Below the pieces are notes generated by a model that saw only the letters and a list, made by a program, of their open reading frames with translations, did not search any database and was not told where the DNA came from. A stretch of 20,000 bases of DNA from an uncultured virus (IMG/VR IMGVR_UViG_3300043085_000044) (lineage: Duplodnaviria > Heunggongvirae > Uroviricota > Caudoviricetes > Crassvirales), in the IMG/VR virus record IMGVR_UViG_3300043085_000044; one strand, given 5' to 3'. A program made the translations under genes and the position numbers. Of this stretch, positions 1 through 9,011 are shown one piece after another. Position 1 is the first letter of the stretch. Each line of letters begins with the position of its first letter.

Positions 1-3000
1 AGATACTCCTGGAAGATTAGAGCCTATTAGGGCTGGTAGATGGGCAGATGTAGACCTAAATACAGAGGAAGGCCAAAATGAGGTCAGGAAGGGACTAAAG
101 GAGTCCGCTAATGAAATGCGTAAGGTTATTTCTCAATATCTTGAGTCAAAGAAATGGGTTGAGGATAACTTCCAATGGGCTAAGAAAGACACTGGTGAAG
201 CATTGCCGAGTGAAAAAGCTAATTATCTTGCTTTCCTAAGAGCGCAAGCTCTCAACTGGGAAGAAAGAATGACTTCTATGGGTGGAGCTATTAAAGAGTT
301 TGTAACTGAATATGCTCAAGAATATATCATTAAGGAGTTTGAGGAATCTTATGGTAAGCTCACAGAGGAAGAAATAGCTAATCTTGGTGAATCAGCTAAA
401 AAGGATTACAAGGAGAAGAAGAAAGCATATGATAATATGAAGAAACTCCTTACTGAAAAGCCTGATGTTGTTGCTTCTATGATTGCTGACCCAGCTAATG
501 CTTCTTTTAGAGAATCTCTTATGGAGGTTATGGCGTTTAGACGTAAGGATTACAACCTCAAAGGAAAATCCATTACTGTTGGTGATGCTATAAAGATGAT
601 GCAAGACCTTGGGTCAATAGGTAAGGCTATTGATAATTTCACTAAGACATTTGATTCTTTCCTTAAAGACCATACTAAGCTCGGTCAGATGATTAAAGAG
701 GCTAATGAAGCTGCTCGAAAGAAAGGAAAGAATAATGAGATAAGAAGAAAGAATCAAGAGACTGCTAATAGGTCTGTATCTGAAATAGCAAGAGAAGCTA
801 TTGAAAATGAGACTAATGTAGAGCAAGCTGAACAGGAAGATGAAGAAATTGAGATTGCGGAGGGAGAATTTGAGGGGTTTGATGAATTTGACCCAAATGA
901 TGAAAATTCGTATGTAGACCCAAGTAAACCTCAACCACAGCCAACTCCTCCTGGCCCTGCTCCTGCTCCAGTAGCTCCTGCTGCACCTGTTGCTCCTGCT
1001 GGCCCATCTGCTGCTGAAATAGCTGCTGAGAAAACAAGGAAAGCACAAGAGATTGTAGACAAGTATAATCAGACAAAAAGGAAGCTCGATGAAAAACTTA
1101 GTAGAGGAGAAATTAGTCAGCGTCAATATAATGATGCACTGGCCCTAATTAAAAAGAATCTTGATGGAGTAGAGGGAGCAGAACAGCTACTTAATATGAC
1201 CAAAGAGGATGTCGAGGAAGATACTCTTGATGATTTTGATGGAGCTGAAACCATGACTGATGATGAATTAGCTGAGTTTAATGATAGGAGAGTTGATGAA
1301 GCTTTAGCTGTACTCAATGACCTTAATCAGGAACTTGCTGATATAGCTGAAGCTCTTGAGGATATTCCTGATGGAGAGATTGATACTAATGGTACTGTAA
1401 CAAGAACTTTTACAGTTGAAGAAGCTCTACAAACTCCTGGTGCAGACCCACAAACTCAGCCTCAACCAGTGAATGCTGTTACTCAAACTCCAGAGGGAGT
1501 TACTGGTGGAGAAACTATTACACAAGAAGAAGGTATAACATTTACTCCTACAACAGAAGTTGAGGTAGCAGAACAGATTGATGAAGCAAATAAGTTAAAA
1601 GGAGAACCTGGCACTCCAGCACAAGCGGAAGCTGATGCTCGAACTGGCTTTAACCCTAACAAGGTTGATGGTCAATACACTTTCTGGAGAACTGCTACAA
1701 CGGAATTTCAGATTCATAGAGAGCTTGGTGATAATACTCCTTATTGGGCAACACTTCCTGATAGTCATCCTATGAAAAAAGCATACAAAGCTACATGGGA
1801 GTTCCTGAATAAAGTTGGGGCATTTGATATGGCAAGAACTGGCTTTTATGGGAATAATGGAAAATACGTTACCTTTGCAATTAGTAAGGAACTAACCAAA
1901 GAAGCTGGAGTTCCTGTAATTCTAATTCTTAATAGTAATGGTAAGGTTATTGGAGATTTGCCACTACAAACTGATGCTTATCCCGGGCTAAAGGAGTTCC
2001 AAGAGGAGGCTGTAAAATTCTTCAATGAAAACAAGGATAAAAATGACAGAGACTTAGTTCAGATAGGTGGCTATACCTCGTCTATCACAAGAGTTATGGT
2101 AGGCAAGCCTCAGTATACTGCAACAAGTGAAAGGCGCTCTTTGAACGATATTGCTCGTAGAACTGACAGTGATGGAGCACTTATTAGCGAGAGCTTTACT
2201 ATTGGATTTGCTACTTCTAATGGCCGTTCAGAAGTAGTCACTTCTAATTCTAAGGCATCAAGAGACCCTGAACAACAGAGGAGAACAATGAGGACTGCAT
2301 CTGAGAAAACTAAAAAAGGACAGCCATTCTTACTGATGCCCACTTCAAGCAAGGAGAGAGCCTTAATGCCAGTACCTTTTATTACTCCTACATTCAAGAA
2401 TGTACCTGCAACCTCAACATTTTATAGGGCTGTAACAATGCTGGCTGAGGAGATTGCTACACTGCCTAATGATTTTGACAAAATCAAGATGGCAATGGAT
2501 AGACTAAAAGATTTCTTTGTTATAGAAGAAAGCAATACTCCAATAATCTCTTTCAATAGAAATGGAGATATCGTTGTAAAGATAAACGGCAAAAGTGTAC
2601 TTCTTGAAAAATCCAAGTCAACAGAGGAGAATGTTGATACATTATTATGGGGGACTTCTACAATCCTTGATTTACCTATTAATATCAATAAGAAGTATAT
2701 CAATAGTAAAATGAGGATTTCTAAGGATGAAGAAGTTGACTATAATCATATGATTGGAGAAATTGCTACAACCAATCTTCCTGAGGGTGGAAATCATACT
2801 GTCAATGACTGGTTTGTTATTAATCCTATTGTGAATGGCAGAGAGGTTAAAGGTAAAGCTCCTAAGTCTACTGGTGTGAATACCAATCAAAGGGATTCAA
2901 ATTCTACTTACGTGAAAATTCCAGGCAGAGGTACTGTCAGAATGACCAAGGATTTAAAATTCTATGCTATAAAGGAGAACTCATCCGAGGAAATTGATAT

Positions 3001-4924
3001 CACAGATAACCCTGCATATCTTCCTATGAGGGCTTATGTATATGGTATAGCAACTAAGGCTGATATGAGTAAGCCTTATGCTACTCCATTCAATGCTCCT
3101 AAAAACTGGTATAATGCAAATACTAATGAATTTGTAGAAGAACCAGTGACTACATCTAAAAACCCAACTGAAGAAGTTGAAATTGTTGATGATGAATTAG
3201 AGGGGTTTGGTGAATTTGACCCTAATGACCCTGCTTCTTTTGTTGATGTAGAAAAAGCCGAAATAACAAGGCAAACGAATGAAGCTGCCAAAAAATCAGA
3301 AGAAGCTGCAAAAAAGGCAGCAGAGGAAGCCGCTGAAAAAGCCCAAGAAGAAAGAGAGGCTAAAGCAAGCGAAGCACTTGATAAAATCAGACCTTTAGCA
3401 AGAGATTATATCTTTGATGTCCTTAACTCTGGTAGTGAATCTTTGAAGTCTCGTTATGATGAAATCCTTAGAATGATTGAAGAAGTTAAAGCTATTGATG
3501 AAAAGTCATATAACCAATTTAAAGAGTGGTTTGTAGCTATGGCCGAAAATAGCAGTCAGAAATATAATGAGAAGAAAGCCCTTGAGGAAGCAGGAAATAC
3601 GACTCCAGTTGCCAATAGAAAGGATTCTATTAAGAAGATTAAGGATGCTGGTATGCTTACTAACACAAGGTCTGTTACAGTTGAATATATGACTGATGAG
3701 CAACTTGCGAGAGTAGCAAATATGCCTAAAATGAAAATGAGACAATTCTTTGAGCGTTTTGATACTAAGGTTAAACTTGCTATGAATTCAGTAGAAGCAG
3801 GTATTGCTATTGATTTGCTTTTTGAGAATTTCTTTAAAAGAGAAGAAACAGCAGGATATACTGCTACTAATATTAACAAGGAAGTAGAGAGGGTTAAAAA
3901 GATGCTACCTCAATTGTCTCATGAAGATGCTATTAGGATAGTTGAGAGTCTACAAAAGCTCTCAGAGATGGCTGGTGGAGATAAAGTATGGGGCCTATTC
4001 CAGGATGGTATAATTTACCTTGCTAATAATTCAAGTAGAGGTACTGCTTATCATGAGGCTTTCCATTATGTTTCTCAAACTCTAATGACTGAAAAGGAGC
4101 TTGACAGGCTTTATTCTCAGGCTGCTAAGGTTTTCGGAGAAAAGGCTACAATAGCCCTTGAAGAAGATTTAGCAGAGGGATTTAGAAAATATATGCAAGG
4201 CTATGAGGAAGTCGAAAATAAGCGTGGATTTGCCAAATATTGGGGTAGATTAAAGCATTATGTTAAAACCCTTGTAGGTAAAGAAGCTCAATTGAATAAG
4301 ATGTATAGAGATATCAGGAAAGGCAGATGGGCTAACAGGCAAGCTCATGAGTCAAATTCATCATTGAATAGAAATATGACCTCCGAGGAAATCCTACAGT
4401 CTGAAATCGAGGATTTAGAGTATGAATTAAGAAGTACGGATAAGAGCATAAAAGCTGAATTGGATACTATTGATGCTCAGTATAAAGCCCTATTGAATAG
4501 TCCTAAATCAAGGATTATTAATAATAGAGGTGAATCCATAGTTATGTATGGTTCTACTCAATATTTGACAGAAGGTGAAGCCAGAGCTGCAATTCCAGTT
4601 GAGCTTAATAGGATTATGAAAGTAGCTGAAAACAGAGGAAGATACTATCTTATGAGCAGCCTACAAACAGTTGCTAAAGCAAAGAAGTATGCTGAGGATT
4701 CTGTAGCTCAGGAGAAGAAACAACTCCAGAAAGCTATTGCCAAGCTAAAATACAGCATAGAGAATAGAAATTTCTTTGCTGAAAAACTTGAGTCTTATAA
4801 GCGAGCTAAACTTGAAAATCTATCAAGTGAAGATTTGGCTTATTTGAATGAAAGAGGTGTTTCTGTTGAGGAGTTCAAGAGTTGGACTACCTTAGAACAG
4901 GAGACCTTCTTGAAGTGTAGATAA
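1..4924 (+). CDS. Giant crAss-like virion cargo/ejection protein with C-terminal zincin-like (HExxH) domain; 5'-truncated by the window
   Basis: The frame of ORF 116..4924 is open back to base 2 (DTPGRLEPIRAGRWADVDLN...), so ATG116 is probably internal. It has GTAYHEAFHYV (HEAFH at 4052-4066) and a downstream EEDLAEGF (from 4160), which is a zincin arrangement. It also has acidic and Pro/Ala-rich linkers and lies beside a crAss-type RNAP locus. Confidence 0.8.
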   Translation, partial: DTPGRLEPIRAGRWADVDLNTEEGQNEVRKGLKESANEMRKVISQYLESKKWVEDNFQWAKKDTGEALPSEKANYLAFLRAQALNWEERMTSMGGAIKEFVTEYAQEYIIKEFEESYGKLTEEEIANLGESAKKDYKEKKKAYDNMKKLLTEKPDVVASMIADPANASFRESLMEVMAFRRKDYNLKGKSITVGDAIKMMQDLGSIGKAIDNFTKTFDSFLKDHTKLGQMIKEANEAARKKGKNNEIRRKNQETANRSVSEIAREAIENETNVEQAEQEDEEIEIAEGEFEGFDEFDPNDENSYVDPSKPQPQPTPPGPAPAPVAPAAPVAPAGPSAAEIAAEKTRKAQEIVDKYNQTKRKLDEKLSRGEISQRQYNDALALIKKNLDGVEGAEQLLNMTKEDVEEDTLDDFDGAETMTDDELAEFNDRRVDEALAVLNDLNQELADIAEALEDIPDGEIDTNGTVTRTFTVEEALQTPGADPQTQPQPVNAVTQTPEGVTGGETITQEEGITFTPTTEVEVAEQIDEANKLKGEPGTPAQAEADARTGFNPNKVDGQYTFWRTATTEFQIHRELGDNTPYWATLPDSHPMKKAYKATWEFLNKVGAFDMARTGFYGNNGKYVTFAISKELTKEAGVPVILILNSNGKVIGDLPLQTDAYPGLKEFQEEAVKFFNENKDKNDRDLVQIGGYTSSITRVMVGKPQYTATSERRSLNDIARRTDSDGALISESFTIGFATSNGRSEVVTSNSKASRDPEQQRRTMRTASEKTKKGQPFLLMPTSSKERALMPVPFITPTFKNVPATSTFYRAVTMLAEEIATLPNDFDKIKMAMDRLKDFFVIEESNTPIISFNRNGDIVVKINGKSVLLEKSKSTEENVDTLLWGTSTILDLPININKKYINSKMRISKDEEVDYNHMIGEIATTNLPEGGNHTVNDWFVINPIVNGREVKGKAPKSTGVNTNQRDSNSTYVKIPGRGTVRMTKDLKFYAIKENSSEEIDITDNPAYLPMRAYVYGIATKADMSKPYATPFNAPKNWYNANTNEFVEEPVTTSKNPTEEVEIVDDELEGFGEFDPNDPASFVDVEKAEITRQTNEAAKKSEEAAKKAAEEAAEKAQEEREAKASEALDKIRPLARDYIFDVLNSGSESLKSRYDEILRMIEEVKAIDEKSYNQFKEWFVAMAENSSQKYNEKKALEEAGNTTPVANRKDSIKKIKDAGMLTNTRSVTVEYMTDEQLARVANMPKMKMRQFFERFDTKVKLAMNSVEAGIAIDLLFENFFKREETAGYTATNINKEVERVKKMLPQLSHEDAIRIVESLQKLSEMAGGDKVWGLFQDGIIYLANNSSRGTAYHEAFHYVSQTLMTEKELDRLYSQAAKVFGEKATIALEEDLAEGFRKYMQGYEEVENKRGFAKYWGRLKHYVKTLVGKEAQLNKMYRDIRKGRWANRQAHESNSSLNRNMTSEEILQSEIEDLEYELRSTDKSIKAELDTIDAQYKALLNSPKSRIINNRGESIVMYGSTQYLTEGEARAAIPVELNRIMKVAENRGRYYLMSSLQTVAKAKKYAEDSVAQEKKQLQKAIAKLKYSIENRNFFAEKLESYKRAKLENLSSEDLAYLNERGVSVEEFKSWTTLEQETFLKCR
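842..919 (+). repeat. Copy 1 of a 26-codon internal repeat (EEIEIAEGEFEGFDEFDPNDENSYVD)
   Basis: 17/26 aa identical to copy 2 at 3170-3247, with recognisable DNA similarity (gaggggtttgRtgaatttgacccWaatga). Confidence 0.85.
920..1030 (+). repeat. Low-complexity Pro/Ala linker (PQPQPTPPGPAPAPVAPAAPVAPAGPSAAEIAAE)
   Basis: Degenerate gctcctgct repeats in frame within the giant ORF. Confidence 0.8.
3170..3247 (+). repeat. Copy 2 of the 26-codon internal repeat (EEVEIVDDELEGFGEFDPNDPASFVD)
   Basis: Aligns without gaps to 842-919. Confidence 0.85.
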
Positions 4925-4962
4925 AGAAAAAGGGGAGCAGAAAACTGTTCCCCTTTCTTTTT
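4923..4962. terminator. Bidirectional intrinsic terminator between convergent giant genes
   Basis: Stem AGGGGAGCAG (4931-4940) / CTGTTCCCCT (4945-4954) with loop AAAA. An A-rich tract precedes it and a T-rich tract follows. It fills the gap between the stops at 4924 (+) and 4961 (-). Confidence 0.9.
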
Positions 4963-4969
4963 ACCTACT
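4951..4969 (+). repeat. Left arm of inverted repeat CCCTTTCTTTTTACCTACT
   Basis: Matches the reverse complement of 17612-17629 (CCCTTTTTTTTACCTACT) with a single 1-nt gap; the 12-bp core TTTTTACCTACT is exact. Confidence 0.7.
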
Positions 4970-7900
4970 CCTTGTGTAGTAATCTGCCATTTCATCCAAT
5001 CTATTGTAGACTTTATCCCATTGTCTGTAATAAGATAGATATGGAAGTGGAGCTTTATATAAGTTCTTCTCAAGCGTACTCATACCTTTGTATCTGCCAC
5101 TTTGAATTTCATCAACCCAGTCTCCTGGCCACAGAAGTGAACCTCCTAATTGACTTATGTCTTTAAGCATAGATAAAGATGCCATTGGAGAAGACAGTGT
5201 AGCAATCCACTCTCCTGGCATTGTAGTAGATGGTACAAACATACCTAATTCTCTCTTTAATCTCTTGCAGGTGTAATTAGCCAGCTTAGCTGCATACCCT
5301 GCTTCATCATCATCTCCAAGGTCTATAAAGTTAGCTAATCCAGCAATAGCAAGGAATTGCAATAGGTCAAATATTGTCCTCTTTATGTTTTTCTGTTGAT
5401 GCTCAGTAAGACCACTCTTTAAATCCATAAAGGCTCTTTCGCCTGCAATCATCTCTTTGACTATCCTTCCTGAGGTCACATAGAATCCCTCATATTCCCT
5501 ACCAGTAATTAATGATTTTCTTGCAGAGCCAAATCTCTTATTCCATAGAGGCCTCATGAATTTACGGTATTGCATAATAAGTCTGCCACCAATAACCCTG
5601 TTGGCTGCATTCATATCCTCCTCATTATAAATACCAAACAAGTCCTGATTGACCTCCATAACCTCTCTACCGAAAGTCTTCATATTGACCAGCTCATTAT
5701 TAGAGGCATACCTCGTTCCTTTAGGTATTCTACCCTCTTTAATTCGGCTGTCTCCCTCTACGAAATCTTCAACTGTAAAGGCTTCCCACAGAGACATTTC
5801 CCCTTTTTCAGGTATAATTACCTTAGTCCTCATAGCCATAGCTATTGCTGTCCTATTGTATAACCAGTGGTCTCCAGCTTCCTGACCTATGAAACCAAGA
5901 TGTTTTCCAAGGATTCTTCTTGTAAGGCTACGCATATCAGCTTGCTTCATATCCTTAAAGAAATCACCCTTAAAATCAATAGCCTCATCAAACAAGTATA
6001 GCTTATTTGTAGGAGTCCTACTACCAATATCCATAAAGTAACCCATAAGCATAGAAGCATAAGCTGCATCAGCCATAGCAAGTTCCTTAGCATTGAAAAA
6101 TTCACCTGCTGCTGCCTCAATATTCTGCATTGCTATACCCTGTGTTACATTGGCTAAATTTGCAAGAGCATTAAATCCAAGCTGAGCCATAGATGAATAC
6201 TTTAATAGGGCTGATGTCATTTTATTTTTATTCAGCTTTTGACCAAACACATTAAAATGACCGCTATCTTTTAGATGCCTGTTGTAAACCTGTGAAGCCA
6301 TAAAGTCATCAAGTTTCTTCTGCATATTAGTACCCTCATTTTCAAGCACCTTGTTAAGTACATTTCCTGCTTTTCCTTTTATTGTTTCCACAACAGCAGA
6401 GTCTCCAACAGTTTTTTCTACATCTCTACTTCTAACAAGGTCTGCGCCAACCTCTAAAGCATCTACAACGCTCTCTAATTGCTCATATTTTCTCACCATA
6501 GCTGCGTATGCCATCATACTGCCTATTAGGTCTGTTGATAGGTCATTTGCATCCTCAAGCCTGTTAGTATATAATATTGGTAAGGTCATAAATTCCCTAC
6601 CAGAGAAATCAGTTAAGCTGTTCCTTGTACCAGCATCTCCAAACTCAAGATTGTCATCCTTTCTATCTTTAAGCTGCTCAGCAAAAGAATCCTTAATATT
6701 AGTCCATATGTGAGTAGGGTGAGCAAATGAGTCTAATAATCTCATATTTCCATGCCTCCTCATTTGTACAGCTTTAAGTTTGTAAGCCTTATTTTCAGGC
6801 AAAATTAAATCCAAGGAATCCTTAATCTCAAGTATTCTATTCAGGATTTCTTTTTGGTCTTTAGATAGCTTCTTATATTCTTCATTGCCATAAACATCAG
6901 GATTTGCAAACCACTTATTTCTGGCTTTAACCGCATGAGACTTTAGCCATTCTTCCTTTTCTTGTTTTTTCTTTGTTTTATCCTCTCCAGTTGGCCTTAC
7001 ACCATATTTTGCATCAAGATACTCATTAAACTCCTTTAAATCTCGCTCATATTGATTCTTATTAACCGAACTAATGTAGTCGCCAGTCATAGAACCATCA
7101 TTATATCTTTCATAAGCCCAACTGAACTCATTGATTCCCAGAGCTTTAGCATCAAGCATTATTCTTTGGAGACTTTTTATATCTTTTATAGCTAAATCTT
7201 TGGCTGCTTCATTCCTTCTTTTTACAACCTCATCAAATGCCTGTAATAATACATCATTACTCCTTGCCATAGAATCAAGCCACCTATCCATAAATGAAAT
7301 ATCAGATGTAGCTCTTTTCAGAAGCTCTGTAACTCTAACTGATTTTCCGGCATTTTTGCCTAATTCAAATGCAACTTCTTCTCCCAATACAGGCTTCAAG
7401 AATCCAGCAAAAGCCTCAGTTGCAACTTTGTCATATTCAGTTTCAAGCTTTTTCACTATGTCATTAAGACTTGACAAAATTTCTTGAAACTCAAGAAGTT
7501 CAACATAACCCTCTTTGTTGGTTATTGCTATTGGCTCTGAAATCATAGATGCTTCTGCTGGGTCTACTGGAGTATAAATTGGATTTCCATCAGGGTCAAA
7601 GCCATCCACCTCCCATTGCTCTTGATTTAAAACGCTTTCCTCATTTGACATATTATTAAGATTATAAATATGCTTTCCATATGAGTCCATTGTGCTCTTT
7701 ATGTATCTTAATGTGTCAAAAATATCCTGCTCTGTTTCTGCATCATAGATTGTAGTTAAGAGATGCTGACAGCTTTTTAACCTACCTATTGCAACCTTTG
7801 AGTATTCAAGTATACCTTGTACTTGGTCAGCAATACTTTCACTTGCCATTGCTACATTGATTTTAGCAAGTTCAACAGTAACATCATCAGACTTCCTGAG

Positions 7901-9001
7901 TTTCGCCCTTTTTATCTCAGTGTCCCTCATGTGCTTGAGCATCTCCATATTTCTATCTATTCTCTCAGATAGAGAGTTTAGCTGTAAATCCCTTGCTTTA
8001 ATAGCGTCTACATCTACCTTTGTTTTACCAGACATAATATCTTTAGCCATCTGACTGAGAGCACCCTCAGCTTCAACCATAGCCTTAGCAATGACATCTT
8101 CACTCATTGCTGCATATTTGGCTCTCACGTGGTCTCTAAAGCGTTTAATCAGGCTGGATTCACCAACTATCTCCTGTTTAAAATGCTCCTTTAGAAGCTG
8201 ACCTACGGCTTCCTCAGCTATGAACTCCATATTTCCATCCTGGAAATCCACTGTGTCCATGTATTCATCTCCAAGGATTTCCCTCATAGCTTGCTCATCT
8301 CTTGCAAGAGCTGCAATTAATCTTTGCATAAGAGGACTATCTCTAAAGGCTGCTACAATCAGGTGTGCATATTCTTCACTGAGGGCACTATAGCCCTCTC
8401 TGTTATTAGCCACCCTAATCATAGATATTGAGTCAGAGGCCATCCTTTTGGCTAATGAGAAATCAACTACACCAGCTCTACCAGCACTTTGTTCAGCCTG
8501 ATTAAGCATCCCATAAGTAATACCTACTGGTTCCAAAACCCTGGCTAAAGACTCATTTAGCATTGTAGAAGCATACTGGTCTTGAAATTCCTTTAGCGAT
8601 TTATCTGTTTTAGGTACTATCCTTATTTGTAGTTTACCATTAATTTCCTTAACTACTGCTACAAAATTACCTTTATGCTCTGAACCAAGATTAAACTCTT
8701 TTGCCTGAGTTAGCAATGATTTATAATTGCCAAAGGTATCCTCAACAGCAGGAAACTGCCTTTGGATTACTTTAGCTGTATTGTCTACTCCTATTACTCC
8801 TTGAATATACTTGTTATCCATCAAGGATGAGAGGGTAGGCATACCCTCACTATCTAAAGTAAGGGTATTGCCAAAATCACTCATAAATTTGGGATTATTG
8901 ATTATTCCAATAATTTCCCATGCTTTCTTATATCCTAAATCCTTTTTCAAGGCATAGAATAAATCTGTGCCCACACTTGGGGCGTAAGTACATGATGCCA
9001 T
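4961..9001 (-). CDS. Giant crAss-like virion cargo/ejection protein (1346 aa) with degenerate zincin-like motif and hydrophobic C-terminal helices
   Basis: Long ORF starting 10 nt after the RNAP stop. It contains ALSEEYAHLI (EEYAH at 8363-8377) and IAEEAVGQLL, plus the C-terminal hydrophobic segment IFDLLQFLAIAGLANFI. Its position next to the RNAP gene is typical of crAss-like cargo genes. Confidence 0.75.
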   Translation of the reverse strand: MASCTYAPSVGTDLFYALKKDLGYKKAWEIIGIINNPKFMSDFGNTLTLDSEGMPTLSSLMDNKYIQGVIGVDNTAKVIQRQFPAVEDTFGNYKSLLTQAKEFNLGSEHKGNFVAVVKEINGKLQIRIVPKTDKSLKEFQDQYASTMLNESLARVLEPVGITYGMLNQAEQSAGRAGVVDFSLAKRMASDSISMIRVANNREGYSALSEEYAHLIVAAFRDSPLMQRLIAALARDEQAMREILGDEYMDTVDFQDGNMEFIAEEAVGQLLKEHFKQEIVGESSLIKRFRDHVRAKYAAMSEDVIAKAMVEAEGALSQMAKDIMSGKTKVDVDAIKARDLQLNSLSERIDRNMEMLKHMRDTEIKRAKLRKSDDVTVELAKINVAMASESIADQVQGILEYSKVAIGRLKSCQHLLTTIYDAETEQDIFDTLRYIKSTMDSYGKHIYNLNNMSNEESVLNQEQWEVDGFDPDGNPIYTPVDPAEASMISEPIAITNKEGYVELLEFQEILSSLNDIVKKLETEYDKVATEAFAGFLKPVLGEEVAFELGKNAGKSVRVTELLKRATSDISFMDRWLDSMARSNDVLLQAFDEVVKRRNEAAKDLAIKDIKSLQRIMLDAKALGINEFSWAYERYNDGSMTGDYISSVNKNQYERDLKEFNEYLDAKYGVRPTGEDKTKKKQEKEEWLKSHAVKARNKWFANPDVYGNEEYKKLSKDQKEILNRILEIKDSLDLILPENKAYKLKAVQMRRHGNMRLLDSFAHPTHIWTNIKDSFAEQLKDRKDDNLEFGDAGTRNSLTDFSGREFMTLPILYTNRLEDANDLSTDLIGSMMAYAAMVRKYEQLESVVDALEVGADLVRSRDVEKTVGDSAVVETIKGKAGNVLNKVLENEGTNMQKKLDDFMASQVYNRHLKDSGHFNVFGQKLNKNKMTSALLKYSSMAQLGFNALANLANVTQGIAMQNIEAAAGEFFNAKELAMADAAYASMLMGYFMDIGSRTPTNKLYLFDEAIDFKGDFFKDMKQADMRSLTRRILGKHLGFIGQEAGDHWLYNRTAIAMAMRTKVIIPEKGEMSLWEAFTVEDFVEGDSRIKEGRIPKGTRYASNNELVNMKTFGREVMEVNQDLFGIYNEEDMNAANRVIGGRLIMQYRKFMRPLWNKRFGSARKSLITGREYEGFYVTSGRIVKEMIAGERAFMDLKSGLTEHQQKNIKRTIFDLLQFLAIAGLANFIDLGDDDEAGYAAKLANYTCKRLKRELGMFVPSTTMPGEWIATLSSPMASLSMLKDISQLGGSLLWPGDWVDEIQSGRYKGMSTLEKNLYKAPLPYLSYYRQWDKVYNRLDEMADYYTRSR

Positions 9002-9011
9002 ATAATCTTAT

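Noticed and set aside
392..3879. Short minus-strand ORFs inside the + strand giant gene
   Set aside because: Antisense shadows with Ser/Leu/Phe-rich composition and no motifs.
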